From Octopus vulgaris (taxonomy: Eukaryota): a DNA stretch of 64,000 bases. Numbering within the stretch: the first letter of the stretch is position 1; each line of letters begins with the position of its first letter. The notes under the pieces were generated by a model. The model had not been told where the DNA came from. It saw only the letters and a program-made list of their open reading frames with translations, and did no database searches. Made by a program: the position numbers and the translations under genes. The stretch is taken from contig OX597814.1 in assembly GCA_951406725.2 (NCBI GenBank), positions 77,686,001-77,750,000 of the forward strand, in the 5' to 3' direction. Positions 1-14,071 of this stretch are shown here, one piece after another.

Positions 1-1205
1 ATATATTAGCCATGTTGTGCTTTGTGTTATGCTGATTTTACATGAGGGTGTGCTAAGAGTATACGGCAGTTGACTTCAACTCCATTTTCTGATCACATGT
101 AAACCATGAGTTTATCATGCATGCAGACCTTAATTTCAACCAATCAGAGCTTGTTGTTCACTTGATAAGTTCCAAAATTTTCTTTCTGTGATGGCCTTAC
201 AAAACAGACACTTTTAGCACAAAAATTCAAAGGAAATTGGGATCACGTTCATTATGATCTGCTGTGAATTCTTTTCTCATATCTGCTTTCACAGCTTCAT
301 ACTAAAACCAGCATGATTTTGCTATTCACAGCTCTATCCCAACCCGGAGATGGATGAAGAATCAATAGTCATACATTTTTGAAGCGATGTGAAAGATCAG
401 CTTAATCGTCAGTTATCTGTTGAAGACCTTCAGCACCTGTAAAATATGATGCTCATGTAAGATTGACTCTGTATTTTCATGAAACCTTGTTGTATATGAA
501 CTGACACCAAATCTTTGTTATAACTAATGCTACAAGTACATGTGTTTGTGAAATACTCATCTATTAAATCAGATATGGGCAATATTTTTTATGAAGCTGG
601 TTATGTGAGATATGGCTATCATCAGATAGGCTGCACTAATAAAATGATTCAAGGTAATTTTTTGTTAGGTATGCCATTCAAAACGTTCTGCAGGCCATAG
701 TTTGTCCATGACTGTACTAAATCATGCTAATTCATTAAGTAGGTATCTCTGTCAGTCAAACAAATGAAGTGCTCACTATAGAAACCAATGGAGGATGCCA
801 TTCACTACATAGGTGCGTCTTTTACTGCAAATAGTTGTATGCAATACCAAGCAGGGTGCTGTTTGCTTACATATGGTTGTATGCAAATATCTGTGAATTG
901 TAATACTTTCAGTAGTAATATGAGAACCAAGTTTAACATCTGTTATTAAAAAAATATTAAGATAACATTTGTGGCAGTGTACAGAATTAGTTGCAAACTG
1001 CTTACTCAGTGTAATGCTAATTATATTGATTATTTTATATTGATTATTTTTCTCTTTTCTTTTTTTTTTTTTTGACAGCAAGTAAATTAGCTTTTATTGT
1101 TGTTCTACTTCAGGCCAATCCTGATTTAAAAAAAAATCAACAAAAACAAATACTCTTTGATCAAAGATATTCCAATGGTAACTAACTGATCTTTTTGTAT
1201 ATTAA

Positions 1206-1425
1206 CCTTTTCGTTACAGTATTTATTTTGAGATGCTCTGTGTTTCTTTCAATTACTTTAAATATAACAAAGAGTTTAGTAAAATAACTTAGTTATCACT
1301 CAGCTAGTGTTAGGAACATAAATTGTGGCTAAGGTTTGGTGGAAGATTTTAATTCGAAACTTATGAAAACAAGACATTTGTACTCAGAGCCAGAGCTAGT
1401 TTCAGCAGGGTTGGTATCAAAAGGG
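1206..1425. mobile_element. piggyBac-like MITE
   Basis: The ends read ttaa|CCTTTTCGTTAC ... GTATCAAAAGGG|ttaa: imperfect TIRs with TTAA flanks and no coding capacity. Confidence 0.55.
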
Positions 1426-1672
1426 TTAAGGACTACATCTAATACATCCATTGAAAAAAAAAAAAATTTAGGATGTGATTTGAAGAAAATCTTGCAGCTG
1501 TTTTTAGCAGATTAAAAGGTTGAGTCATATTACCGCCCTCAAAAGACCAAGTTAAAAAAGGCTTGTCATCATCTAAAATATTTTTATAAAGGCACAAGCC
1601 CATAAAAGAAAATTAAATCAGCCTTTAAAGCAAACAAATCATACAGTTAGTGAATAATTGATAGTTACATAA

Positions 1673-3998
1673 CACTGGTCAACAAAATTGAATGCATTAT
1701 ACTCTTTATGAATGCAAACCAACTTTTTAGACTAACTTTTCATGCTGATTTAAAAATTTCACTCCATTATTATGCAGCACATATCAGTTTTTCAGTAGAT
1801 ACATGCATATATTTACATATTTGTATATATGAAATCATTAACATAATAAATAAGGACATATTATTTTTAGAAAGTAAATGGGTTTATTGAGTTAGAAATC
1901 ATCACTATCATTCTACAAAAGAGTGAATACACAAAAAACAAAGTTAGAACAACAGAGTTAGAAACATTATCATTTGGATTTCCTGTGGTGTTCCTGATCT
2001 GGTTGATCAGAGCAAAGTGTACAACTGTAGTCAGTGAGCATACTGTCATTCCAGAAGCCTTGGTACTGTTTCTCCATAGTACTAATGTCCTGGTGAAATC
2101 TTTCGCTATGTTCATCACACACTGCTCCAAGGTTATCTGTGAAGAAATCCAGATGGGAGTCCAAGAAGTGAACTTTCAGTGACATGTGACAACTCATTGC
2201 TGAGTAACATTTCAGAAGATTCTTGATGCCATCCGTCTACTCCATTGCCTTCTTGTTGCCCAAGAAATTCTCACAGATCGAATTGAAAGAATTCTAGGCA
2301 GGCAGTTCCAGTTCATCCAGTGTTGTCCTGAAGTTGACATCTTTGAGTACTTCTCTAATTTGGATTCTGACAAAGATACCCTCTTTCAACTTCGCCTGTG
2401 TGATTTTGGAAAACTTTTCTACAACATACTCATACACTCTGGCATTTCCCTTCCCAAGTGTTTTTACAAACTATTTCATCAGTCCAAGCTTTATGTGCAA
2501 AGGAGGCAATAGGACATTACATGGATCTACAAGAGATATATTCTTGACGCTAGATAGTCCTGGCTAGTATGATGTTCTTATCCGCCAGTTTAATTCCGAA
2601 TAATATCTGTTAGTTGCCCGACTATCTCATAGACTCAAGGAAAAACAGTATTTTGTGAAACTTGACTGCATTTCCATTAACATTCCAATGACTTTTAAAT
2701 CTCCACATATTTTCCATGAGTATCTTTCATAGGTAATGGCATGAAGTAAAAGTTTCATATTCTCATATGATTCATGAAAATGAATGGAGTGTGCAATAGG
2801 AGGGCTTCAAATTGCCATTATGGAGAAGTACAGCTTTTAAACTTTGTTTTGAAGAGTCCATAAACAAACACCACTCTGTAGGATCATGATTTTGTGATAA
2901 ACATCTGAAAAATCCATCAATGTTACTGTAAAAGCAAAGCAGACCTTCAAAAGAAAAACACATTTGTAGAATTACATTTCTCTGCCGAAAATAAGTTATA
3001 CAAACACCATGCTCTAGCAGATACTTCTCCTTCAGTTTTGATGCTAACCATTCTGCTTTATCTTTTGAGAGGGATAGGTCTCTGACAAAGTCATTCAGTT
3101 CAGCTTGGGAAAATTTCTGAGGTTCAAAGCTATTGTCATCAGACATGTAATCTTCCTCAGCATCATCATCTGACGTTTCAATACCATCATCTGGTGGAAC
3201 TGGAATTGGTGAACTTCCATTGTGAGGCACAGGTCTCATTGCAGAATCCAAATTGGGATACACACTTTTGTGTTTATTCCTCAAAGAAAATCCTATGACA
3301 TTTATTTTGCAAAAATAACAGTCTTTCGGCTTCCTCCATATCATTGGAATGGCAAAGGCATTGACTTCTTCTTACTGAACCAGTCACATAAACCATTTGA
3401 GCAAGCTGAGTAGATAAAATGTGGTGCCTATAACTTGTTCTGATCTCCTAATGGACAGTCAAAGTATAGCTTATAAATCTTGATCTCTGGTATTATTGTA
3501 CGTTTTTGAGCTTTCACAATAAATTGTCCCCAGACATAACGAAACACATCAGGGCGATTTCTACACTGTCTTGACATTGTTAGCACTGTAAAACAAGTAA
3601 GGAAATAGATACAAATTGTTATACTTATATTGAATTTGAGATGATGAAAAATTTCATCAGACCAATTATGACTGGACAATTTGAGATGTTGAAATACCTA
3701 TTTCATCAGACAAAACTTGATTGGTTAATTTAAGATGATGACATATTCCATCTGACCTATGCAGCAATAAATAATGTAGTTTACTTTAAAGGTATGTTTC
3801 CCTGATGTAAATGAAATACATGTATACATATCATTAATTGGAATTTCTATATAATGCATGAGCTAAAACCAAAAACCTTTCTCATCTTGAAAACTGTATG
3901 TGATGTCAAAAAACTAATTGTATATTTGAAACCAGCTTTAAAAACTACACTAAGTACACCTTGACATATGCTTGATGAAAAATACTTGTTGACCAGTG
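1673..3998 (-). mobile_element. Chapaev3-type DNA transposon, full length, with inactivated transposase (about 1970-3577)
   Basis: TIRs are CACTGGTCAACAA / TTGTTGACCAGTG, with CAC...GTG termini and a TAA target duplication (1670-1672, 3999-4001). The fragmented ORF carries YF.C.LGDQ.K, MIWRKP.DCYFC, LFMDSSK.SLKAVLLHNGN and HFL.SHLDFF..NLGAV.DEH.ERFHQDI. Confidence 0.85.
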
Positions 3999-4134
3999 TA
4001 ATGCTTCATTGACACATGGTTCTTATTTATAGGTAAATAGCCTGAAACAATGAGAATTAAGTCTATTAGTTAATGAACACTGAATAATTACTGTACTTCC
4101 TCATTTACAATTTGTGGGCTTAGGGAGAGAGATT

Positions 4135-4346
4135 AGCCCTTTAGCATTTAAACTAGCCATACCCTGTTTAAATATTCTACCTGTTTTACATTCAAACCAA
4201 CCAGATCTGGCTTCTCACACCTACCTTACAATGTCATTTTGAAAATAAACAACCATAACATCAAAATCTTGAAACTACAAGATTATGCAGGTTTAATCCA
4301 AAAATGATGTAAATAAATAAAGCATTACATTTGATAGACTAAAGGG
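4135..4346. mobile_element. piggyBac-like MITE, second family
   Basis: The ends read ttag|CCCTTTAG ... CTAAAGGG|ttaa. Confidence 0.5.
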
Positions 4347-4682
4347 TTAAAATTTCTTGACTATGCACAGAGTACAAGTGTTGGGACAGTGGATTCAACA
4401 ACTAATAAGGCTAATATTCTATTGTCTTTCATATTTGTGACTGCATTTAAAAACAGAACACAAGTTAATGAGTTTATAGTTAGTTTATACTTTATAATTA
4501 AAGAGCTTATAATTTTAGACTCAAATTTTACTAAGTTCAATTTAGTGTTTTGTCAAAGACATTTCGAGATACATAAATTCATTTTCAGATGCTCTCTGAT
4601 GTGTTATGTTTCTTGTACGACTTGAACTATCAAACAACAGTGGTAATAAAGGCATAATCACTGACTGCCCAGTATCTGTTAT

Positions 4683-5062
4683 CTTTTATATTTTACTTCA
4701 CTCATTGGACTGCAGCCATTCTGGGGCACCACTTTGACGGGTTTAGTCAAACAAACTGACCCCAGTACTTATTTTTTTAAAGCTTAGTGCTTATTGTATG
4801 GGTTACTTTTATCTGATCCTCAAGTTATGGAGACATAAACAAACACTGGTTATCAAATAATGGTGGGGTCAATCATGCACACATGCACACACACACACAT
4901 ATACTGGGTTTCCACAATTTTTGTTAATCAAATTTACTCACAAAGCATTGGTTGACCCAGCAGGAATAGTAGAAGGCACTTGCCAAAAGTGCCATGGAGT
5001 GAGACTGGACTGTAAACCACATGCCAGCACAGCAAAATTCTTAACCATACAGCCATATCTAT
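4683..5062 (-). mobile_element. SINE family A, diverged copy
   Basis: It aligns by eye to the copies at 23168 and 47797, with many CpG>TpG changes. Confidence 0.75.
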
Positions 5063-5310
5063 GACAGTAAAATCTCTTTAAGATAACCTCCCAACAACTG
5101 CCATTAAAAACAGAATATATACTCTAGACAATATACAGTCAATAATGATTAAATGACTTCAAATTAAATGCTGACTAAACAGAAAAATTCCATACAATAA
5201 ACCTGCTCAAACAGAAACAATACTAACAAACATAATTGAAAATGAGTTAAATCATACGAAATTAAACAAGTTTACTTTAAGACAAGTACCATTTTATTTT
5301 GTTGTTTTGT

Positions 5311-5681
5311 ATTATTACCTCCACCTTAGTGAAGGTGGAAGTACTGTTTCAGTAGTGTTTGTTTGTTTGTCTGTGGACAAGATATCTCAAGAACTACTGG
5401 GTGGATTTGGATGTAACTTTAAGAAATGTTTGGCTTCATGACTGGCACAAATTGATTAGATTTTGGGATTGATCTGGTACAGGAAAAGGATTCTGGATTG
5501 TTTTTCCGTTTTTTTAAATTTAATTTTTGAGAGTGGTCAGGTTCATTTTTTAATATTCTTGTTTGTGAGAGCTGTCGAGCTTATTTCAGATATTTTCATT
5601 TTAAAAATCATCTCCAGCTAATCATTGAGAGAACATTGGTGTTGCCTTGGTGGAGGTTTGCGCTTTCTGCCTGCTCTTGTT
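5311..5681 (+). mobile_element. Non-autonomous Helentron-type (HINE/DINE-1-like) element
   Basis: It has a subterminal inverted repeat ACCTCCACC / GGTGGAGGT, a (GTTT)n tract and a 3' end CTCTTGTT. It is homologous to 38675-39045. Confidence 0.7.
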
Positions 5682-6579
5682 ATAATTATTTTCTTTACAT
5701 AAATTTAATAAATTACATTGACTCTTAAGAGGAAAATATTGTCACATCTCACATTTGTTTCTGTTACAGCTGCTTTTAGCAGGTGCCATCTTAGATCAAT
5801 ACTAATAAAATATGATATTGAAGGATTGAGTGTCAGTAAAGTTAAAACAGTTGTTATTTAGTCCCAGTTCATCATTGATTGAACATAACTATGATATAAG
5901 CTTTCCTACCTTATTATATCTAGGACAACATTACTCAAAGTGTCTTTCTTATTTTAACAAGTGCTTTGAAAGAAACTGACAACTATTTCTAGGAAGGAAA
6001 GTGACCATGTATAAGGTTCCCGATAGGTACATCTATATTAATGCTGGCCTTTAAGTCTTCAATCACCACTCATTGAGCAGATCTATGATCAAAGACATTC
6101 CAACAATGACCATCCTATTTCTATTCAGATATAGTGTATCTAGAACTAAAATGTATTTCTCCTTTTTTAAGAAAAGCATATTATATGAGGGATATTTGGC
6201 TCTTTCTACTTGATTGGAAGAATGAACATAATATAGGGGCTCCACTTTTGGTTCAATTCCAGACATTATAACTGTAATGCAAGAGGTGTACTTCATTAAA
6301 AATGAAATGCATGTGAATGCTAAGAAAAATTATAGATTAATAAAATTCATAAATAAAAATTCAATCAAATATAAGTTTATATAAGTTTAAGAGGTTTGCT
6401 TAGTAAACATATAGTCAAAGACCCAACCCTACTCCTTGACATTTTGATTAATCCTTAAACAGCAAGACAGAGTTGCATGAATGCGTGTGCCAAACAAGCA
6501 AGAAACAAAAAATACCTCTTTTTCTTAAGAATAATTTTTATACACATTTACACTTCAAATAAAATTTTCAATTTCATTA

Positions 6580-7052
6580 CACTGTGTAAGGACAAAAAAA
6601 AAACATGATTTTTGTCCTTGAGTAGCAACTGTTATTTCCTATTTGCTAACCTGTAGAAAGTATGAAAAATAGTTAATATTTCCTTCAAACTACTTTTGTT
6701 AAACTTATTTAAACCTCAAGTAATCCCTCTCAACACATAGCTATGATGTTCCCCCACTAGTCCTGCTCATCATCACTAAGGGACATGCTCAAATGGTTAC
6801 GGTCAAGCAACTAAAAAGCAAACCTGTGATATTGAACAGAATATTTGCTCAACTCAGCACTGAATATGTTTGAAATGTAATGGAAAATAGGTCAGTTTCA
6901 AAACATTGATTTCCAGGTCACAAAAGCAAAGCTTGAAGGGAATAGTAGTCATTATGTTTCATTTCTAGATTGAAGCAAATAGGAAATAATACTTACTGAC
7001 CAAACACCAAAAAGAAAAAAAGAAATAAAGAAATAAAAATTGTTACACAGTG
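6580..7052. mobile_element. Non-autonomous DNA transposon
   Basis: TIRs are CACTGTGTAA / TTACACAGTG. A reverse-complement homologue lies at 62123-62568. Confidence 0.65.
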
Positions 7053-7290
7053 TTATTTAAAAGTGCTATAAAATATTCACTTTTTGTTGCATCCAAGTGA
7101 GCATAAATTTACTTGTTGTCAAATGAATTTACAAACTGAGAAAAATCAGTGGACTTTCTCCATCCAGAGCTGGTTGAAGCATCACTTTCTCCTGTGCTAT
7201 CTAGAACATCATCATCAACAACCTCATATGATGATAAAGGAAAGTTAGAAAAAAGACAAAAAACTTCTTTATTGCAATATAAATCTTTTA

Positions 7291-8548
7291 TTGGGTAATC
7301 CCATAAATATTGCCATTTTTTCAATTGCATGAACTAAAAGTCAGAGGGGGATGGGATAAACCACCTGCAGATAGTAATTTTACCCTGTCATTATTCATTA
7401 TTCTAAGTGCAAGTTTTGAAGAATGCAGTTTGAATTTAACAGATATTTTTTCAAAGCTATAATGGAAGTGATAAAGGGGCATATTCAGCATATTTTGCTT
7501 TATGAGTTCAATAAAGGCAACACTGCAATGGAAAGTGCAAGGAATGTTAATGTAGTATATGGGGATCAGACAATATGTGTAAGCCAGTGTTAACAGTGGT
7601 CCCAGAAATTCCAAGCTGGAAACTACAGCCTAGAAGATGAGGTTCATCCTGGAAGATCTGTAGATCTTGACAAGGATGTCCTGCAAGCCCTGGAGGAACA
7701 AAATACCATTGTAACTGTTGAGGAACTAGCAGAGAAGCTTGGATTTGGTCATTCAACCATTCATCAACACCTGCATGTCATCAGTAAATTGGGTCAATGG
7801 GTTCTTCACAAACATTCCCAGTCTAATTGTACGCAAAGAGTGAATGTGTGCTCTTCTTTACTGTCACATCTCATGAATGAACCTTTTTTGGACTACATAT
7901 TGACTGGCGACGAGAAATGGGTTCTCTATAAAAATGTCAAGAGCGGAGACAGTGAGTAGGGAAAGGAGAAACACTGGCACTCTAGGCTAAAAGGTCTTCA
8001 CCTACGTAAGGTGTTGTTAGCTGTTTGGTGGGATATGAAAGGTTTAGTCCACTTTGAACTTTTAAACCCAAAACAAACAATAACAAAGGAGATATACTGT
8101 GAGCAGCTTGAGTTGCTTAAGTCAGCGCTAGAAGAAAAACAACTATCTTTGGTTTTAAAATGAAAGGTGTTCTTCCATCAAGATAATGCTTGGCCACATA
8201 CAGTGAGGATGACATTTCAAAGGCTGGAGCAGTTTGAATGGGAAACAATGTCCCATCCACCATATTCGCTGGATATTGCCCCATCTGATTATCATTTATT
8301 CCACAGCCTTCAAAATCATTTCGATGAAAAAAATATAAATTCTGTAGACAAGGTCAGAACAGGAGGATTATTTTTCGCCACGGACAAGTGAATTTTGGAA
8401 GAAGGAGCCTTGCAAGTCTACTAGATAGATGGAAGAGCATTGTAGAAAATAACGGAGAGTATATTTTAGATTAAAAAAAGAACTCTGTTTATCTTAATTT
8501 TGAAAACAAAAGAAGTATAAAAACTGCATTATTTATGGGATGACCCAA
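7291..8548 (+). mobile_element. Mariner (DD34D) transposon, full length, with dead transposase (about 7462-8474)
   Basis: TIRs of about 23 bp (TTGGGT(A/C)ATCCCATAAATA(T/A)TGC) with TA flanks. Motifs TGDEKW, HQDNAWPH and HPPYSLDIAPSDYHLF are present, with stops and frameshifts. Confidence 0.92.
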
Positions 8549-8837
8549 TATATGTGACTTAATTTCTGTCGTTGATAAGGTCCACTTGTGCTTAGGTGCA
8601 TTTGGCAAAATAGATGCTTGGACATCAGTTGATGATGGTTATATCCAATGCAAAAATTTTGAAACATCAATTGGTGATGTCTGTTGTTATCTGAGTTAAG
8701 TGTCTTGTACCAAAGCCTCAAGTCAACCAAAATTTCCTGAGTGAAATTTGATAGTAGGAAACTGAACAGTAGTCTTTTAGGTACATCTCAGTGTATCAGT
8801 CAGAGATATCAGAATCTCAGTGGAAATACATGTATTT

Positions 8838-9352
8838 GTTATCTTTTATTTGTTTCAGTCATTGGACTGCAGACATGCTGGGGAACCACCTTCTAGGGTT
8901 TAGTCAAACAAATTGATCTTAGCATTTACTTTTAAGTCTGGTAATTATTATATTGATCACTCTTGCTGAACTGCTAAGTTATGAGGAAGTAAACAAACCA
9001 GTACCAATTGTCAAGACAGTGTTTAGGGACAAATACAAAGACACACATAAATGTATATATATACATACATATATGTGTGTATGTGTGTGTATACACACAC
9101 ACACACACACACACACATATAAATATATATGTGCATGTGTGTATGTATATATATATATGTGTGTGTGTGTATGTGTGTGTGCATGCACACACACACACAC
9201 ATACGATAACCTTCCACACAATTTCCATCTGCCAACGCACTTGTTGGCCCAGGGATATAGTAGCAGCTGCTTGCCAAAGGTGCCATGCAGTGGGATTGAA
9301 CCTGAAACCATGTGGTTGTAAAGCAAACTTCTTACCACACAGCCATGCCTGT
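8838..9352 (-). mobile_element. SINE family A with internal (CA/TA)n tract
   Basis: It is homologous to the other family-A copies and explains the spurious HTHT/CVCV ORFs here. Confidence 0.8.
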
Positions 9353-9517
9353 GGAATTTCATTATCTTTCTTTTTGCAAAATAGATTAATGAAATAATTA
9401 CCAAACAAAGTTCAGAGATCAATAGGATCAATTAAAACCTTTAAAATGAAAATGGCTGCCAGTCTGACCATCATTAATGTCTTAAATAAAAAAGGATAAA
9501 TAAAATAAATATCTTAC

Positions 9518-9591
9518 TTGAAAGAAAAACGTCGTCAGAAACGATATCAAGAAAGGGTAAAATCCTGATTTGTACAAAGTCACAGGCAATC
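9518..9591 (-). CDS. Internal coding exon (GLPVTLYKSGFYPFLISFLTTFFFQ) of the amino-acid-permease-like gene
   Basis: The acceptor is ...tttgaattag|GATTG and the donor is CAA|gtaagat; 74 nt, phase 1/0. It continues the previous exon in frame as ...GILGLP...SG, followed by hydrophobic TM2. Confidence 0.88.
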
Positions 9592-10030
9592 CTAATTCAA
9601 AGATAATATACCAATAAGTGATTAGCAATTTAAAAGATTAATGATAAAGAATCAGGATATTTACATCAAGAATAATGATTTTAATTGCAGTAGTTTCTAA
9701 ATCAATAGACACACATACATATTCTCTCTCTCTCTCTCTTTCTCACATATATTTCATTGTAATCATCATCATTTTAATGTCTACTTTTTCATGCTTGCAT
9801 GAGTCAGATGAGATTTTGTTGAGGTAGAATTTCTTTGGACAGATGTTCTGCTTGTTGCCAATCTTTGTCTGTTACCAAGCAAAGTAGGGATTTTTCCCCC
9901 ATAATCTATCAAATAATGAAATATCCAAACATGCTTTCATAGAGATTGCAATCAAATAACACTGTTTGTACGAAGACTGACTCTTTGATTACAACCTACA
10001 TGCTCATATCAAGACAAGAAGAATAAGCAC

Positions 10031-10067
<37 letters not shown>

Positions 10068-10519
10068 AGGCTTCTTACAGTTCCCATCAACCAAATTTCA
10101 CTTAAAAGGAATTGGTCAACTTGCAGCTATAGGAGAGGACACCAGCAGCAGAATCCATGCAATGGGACTGAACTCAAAACCATGGAGCTCTGAAATGAAC
10201 TTCTTTACTACACAGCCATACCAGCACCTACAAATGACAGTGAACTTATTTTCATGCCTGGTGATTTTTAACACATGTTGGGCTGCAACACAGAAGGTTC
10301 CAAGGTGTATATTGAGGTTATGGCTTTGATCCTATGAATGAGGAGGTTTTGTGATGCAAATGACCTGGTCTACAACTCTAACTTCAAGAAATCAGTCAGT
10401 CTCCTGATCACCAATCAATCTGCTGGGCACACAAGAAAGACTGACTACACTCTCTCCAGAAAATGGGGCAGACATGTGCTCATGAATGCTAAGTCTTTTC
10501 CAGGTGGGGAAAATGGTTA

Positions 10520-11897
10520 ATGGTTAGTAACTTCAAATTCAGAGATGCCTTGATATTGGTTCATCTGGGATCTTGGAAACTAAGAGGTCAAGTTGTTTCT
10601 TGAAAACATCTACTCTCACTCAATGGAAATCCCTCATATGTTTTAGCATAGATGAGACAGCTGGGACTTTTGGAACAATGCAGTGACGTCCATCTCAAGG
10701 TTTGGTATAACTTTCTATTCTAAAATTTGGTGCCGACCCCTCCTGTATCTTCCATACATATATCACTGCATACCTCTCCTGTATTCACTCCAGAGAGTAG
10801 AGTTGTAGCTCTTTCAGTCTCTCCCAGTTGCTCAGCTGTTCCATTGATGCAATCTTCCTCAAGTTCTGCTATTAATCCTACAGTGTAGGGTGACCATAGT
10901 TGAGAGCAGTAGTCCAGACGTCTGAGGACAAATGTCCTCCCTAGGACCAGCATAGTTTCCTGGTCCCTTGATCTGAAGGTTTTCAGAATCCATCTGGCCA
11001 CTTGCCTGTACACTGCCACCATCTTGGTGATATGCATGTGAAACAAGTCTTTGTTGCTCATATTAAACCCAAAATCATGCACTGTATGTGATTCTTGGAT
11101 TTCTGCTCCTTTTGGTCCAAAGTATCGTGGTTGTGACTTTTGAGCACCAACTAGCTGGTAGCAGAGGGCTTGGAATTTGCCTGCATTAAATTGCATGTTG
11201 TCCTCAACCCATTTATCTATGGCATCTAGGTCTTTCTGTAGAAGATTAGTATCAGAATGTTCCTTGATTGTTTGTACTACTTTTGTGTTGTCGACATAGC
11301 TAGTAAGAATGGCTATCTGTGTAACTGATGGTATGTCCGAAAGCTCCATCATGAACAGTAGTGACCCAATACAGTTCCCTGAGGCACTCCACTTTCTATT
11401 AATGTTTCCATGGAGAGAGCTCCATTGGCTGCTACAGCTTGGCTTCTGTCGTTTAAGAAGTCATGCAACCACTCTCCAATTTTCCCACTTATGCCAAGTC
11501 CCCATAATTTGTGACATATCATCCCATGATCAACCTTATCAAAGGCCTTTGCAAAGTCAAGATATATCACATCTACATTTGAGCAATTCATTAATTGTTT
11601 CAACACCCAGTCATAGTATTGCAAAAGCTGTGTAAGGCAGCTTCTGCCTGAGTGAAAGCTATGGTGGGTATCAAGGAACACAGTTGGTATCTTCCTGACA
11701 ATGCACTCCATGACCTTGCCGACATGGGAAGTTAGAGAGACAAGTCTATAATTCTTAGTGTCTGCTCTGTTACCTCCCTTATGGATGGGTCATATAATGC
11801 CTTCCTTTAACTTTTTGGGAAGTCTCTCTGTTGTGAGGAAACTCTGAAAGAGAACCTGAAGTGGTTTAACTAGAGCCCCTTTGCATTTCTTTAGGAG
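10520..11897 (-). mobile_element. CR1-like non-LTR retrotransposon, 5'-truncated and decayed
   Basis: RT motifs GRSCLTQLL, DVIYLDFAKAFDKVDH, SGVPQGTVLG and YVDNTK (decayed YADD), followed by LDYCSQLWSP. Confidence 0.85.
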
Positions 11898-12582
11898 GCT
11901 ATACAGGTACCAGGGGAGTGCAACAGGTTCCCTCTAGATTAGCATCTACAGTTACATTCTTTATAAGAAAGACTCCATAAGATATGTATAGAAAAATTAC
12001 ATTTGTTTTCATGAAAAGCATATGGTAGAATTACAATTCCACATCACAGAAAATATGCAAAAATACTTATTTCTTCTCTCTTTCTCTTGCTCTTTCTTAT
12101 TGTATGTGCATGTGTATGCTTATTTTGTGTGTGAACATAAAGTGATACACTCACAGAAAATACATTAATTCTGAGTTTCCTGCCTAATTAAGTAATTGAG
12201 CAATCATTGACAAATAACATTGGCTGATAATGCTGAAATGTTTGAATGAACAAAACTTCCAATGGTAGGTGCATGTTTAATATTTCATAAGGTGGTAGTG
12301 GTGGTGGTGGGCACATCTGTCACACTTAAATATGAATTGAATACATTTTATGTTTGGACAAATTAAAAAATGTATGGATAATAAAATACAAAGTTAAAGT
12401 ATCTTTGAGGAAGGGTGTATCAGTTGTCACATCAAATTGTAATGAAAATATAATTAATGACCATATTAACAATAACAACAACAGCAGCAGCAACAACAAC
12501 AATAATAATAGTAAATAAAAAAATGAGAAAATTTTCAGAATTTGAAGAAGTTCAAAAACGTTAAAAAAATGTTTTTACTTAC

Positions 12583-12624
12583 CAAGAATTCCTGTTCCAA
12601 GAATACATGCTATTGTTACGAAAT
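12583..12624 (-). CDS. Internal coding exon (YFVTIACILGTGILG) of the amino-acid-permease-like gene
   Basis: The acceptor is ...ttcgacag|ATTTC and the donor is CTTG|gtaagta; 42 nt, phase 1/1. It encodes the ILGTGIL TM1 motif typical of APC/AAAP amino-acid transporters. Confidence 0.88.
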
Positions 12625-12860
12625 CTGTCGAAGTGAATGAAAAATAATAAAGTTTAATGAAATTTAATCTAGTATAATAATACTCTTGTGTTTTTCTCTG
12701 TCACAACATATGAATGAGAAAGGAAGGGGTGATAGATTAATAAGGAAGAAAGGGATGATAGCAAACTTAATAGTGGGATGATGGAAATTCTACAGTGAAA
12801 GAAAGAAAAAAATCAGTGTTTCAGCTCTGTGTAAGTGTATGTAAAAGGGAAGTATGTGAA

Positions 12861-12863
<3 letters not shown>

Positions 12864-12924
<61 letters not shown>

Positions 12925-12951
12925 CGTGTGCGTGTGTGTGTGTGTATGTGT
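12864..12951. repeat. (TG)n microsatellite
   Basis: Read directly from the sequence. Confidence 0.95.
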
Positions 12952-13914
12952 GCAATGGAAGTGGGATGGTGAACATTCAATGCTGAAAAGAAAAATCAAA
13001 CAGCGTTTCAACTCTGTATGAGTATATGTATGTATGTGTGTGAATGTACAAGGGAAGTATGTGAATGTTTGTATGTGTGAATCAGCATTCTTTCAGTAAC
13101 AAACGATGATCAATGCCACATCTCAAAAGAAAACCACTAGATGACATTGAGAAGTGTGTTAATTTAATTATCATCCATATTCTATCTGTTGTTTTACAAA
13201 TAATTATTACAATTACACATATCTACACAAACATATACAAACCGATTAGAGAAAATAATTATTGCTTGAGTGTATCAAGAATATAAGATGACTGCAGTTG
13301 AAAAGTATATTATAAATACACATTTAACAGTTCATACATGTGCCTAATTTATTTATATTAAGAAATTTATGCAATAAATTTTGAGTAGGGAGATTTTAGA
13401 ACATCAACTATAAGTCATGGACTGCTTTTTGTGGCTTTAGGTCACATGAGCTTAGGTTGGTTCAATAATGGAGAGTGCAATTGAAAGGAAATGTCACTTC
13501 AAAACAAATTTACTTGCCAACTCTCGTATTTAGTCATGGCCAACTTTATGTGGCCTTAAGTCGTACAAGAAGGAAGGAAAACTTTAAAATTCTTTTAAAG
13601 GAAACAAGCAGTTAAGGGATATTAGTTGCAGATAGATTTTTCACAAAAAATTTGGTAATAAAAGAATTATTAAACTAAAAACTTGTTTTTGTACCTTATT
13701 TATATATAAAACACTACAATTAGCCATCATTTTTGAAGGCATGGGGCCAGCTAGTTAAATATAAAGAACAATTACATGTTTCTTTCAACCAGACAAAATA
13801 TCTATCTTCATAGATGAAAAATATAGTAAGTTGAAATGATTTCATTTCAGTGTAGTGATGTAGAAAAGTTCGAAATGTAAAGGCACCCTATGCAGTACCA
13901 GCACTTTAATACTA

Positions 13915-14071
13915 ATATGTAAGGTGGTTGGTGTTAGGAAGGGAATCCAGCCATAAAAACATTCCAAAACAGACAGTGGAGCCAGATATAATCTTCTGGC
14001 TTGCCAGCTCCTGTCAAACTACCCAACCCATGTCAGCATGGAAAATGGACATTAAATTATGATGATGATGA
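13915..14071 (+). mobile_element. RTE-type 3' end fragment with (GAT)n tail
   Basis: CCAACCCATG.CAGCATGGAAAATGGAC...GATGATG matches the 3' ends at 43611 and 63985. Confidence 0.7.

Noticed and set aside
8953-9431. HTHT/CVCV/YIYI ORFs here and near 12790, 21683, 29493, 33529 and 36323
   Set aside because: They are translations of microsatellites and SINEs.
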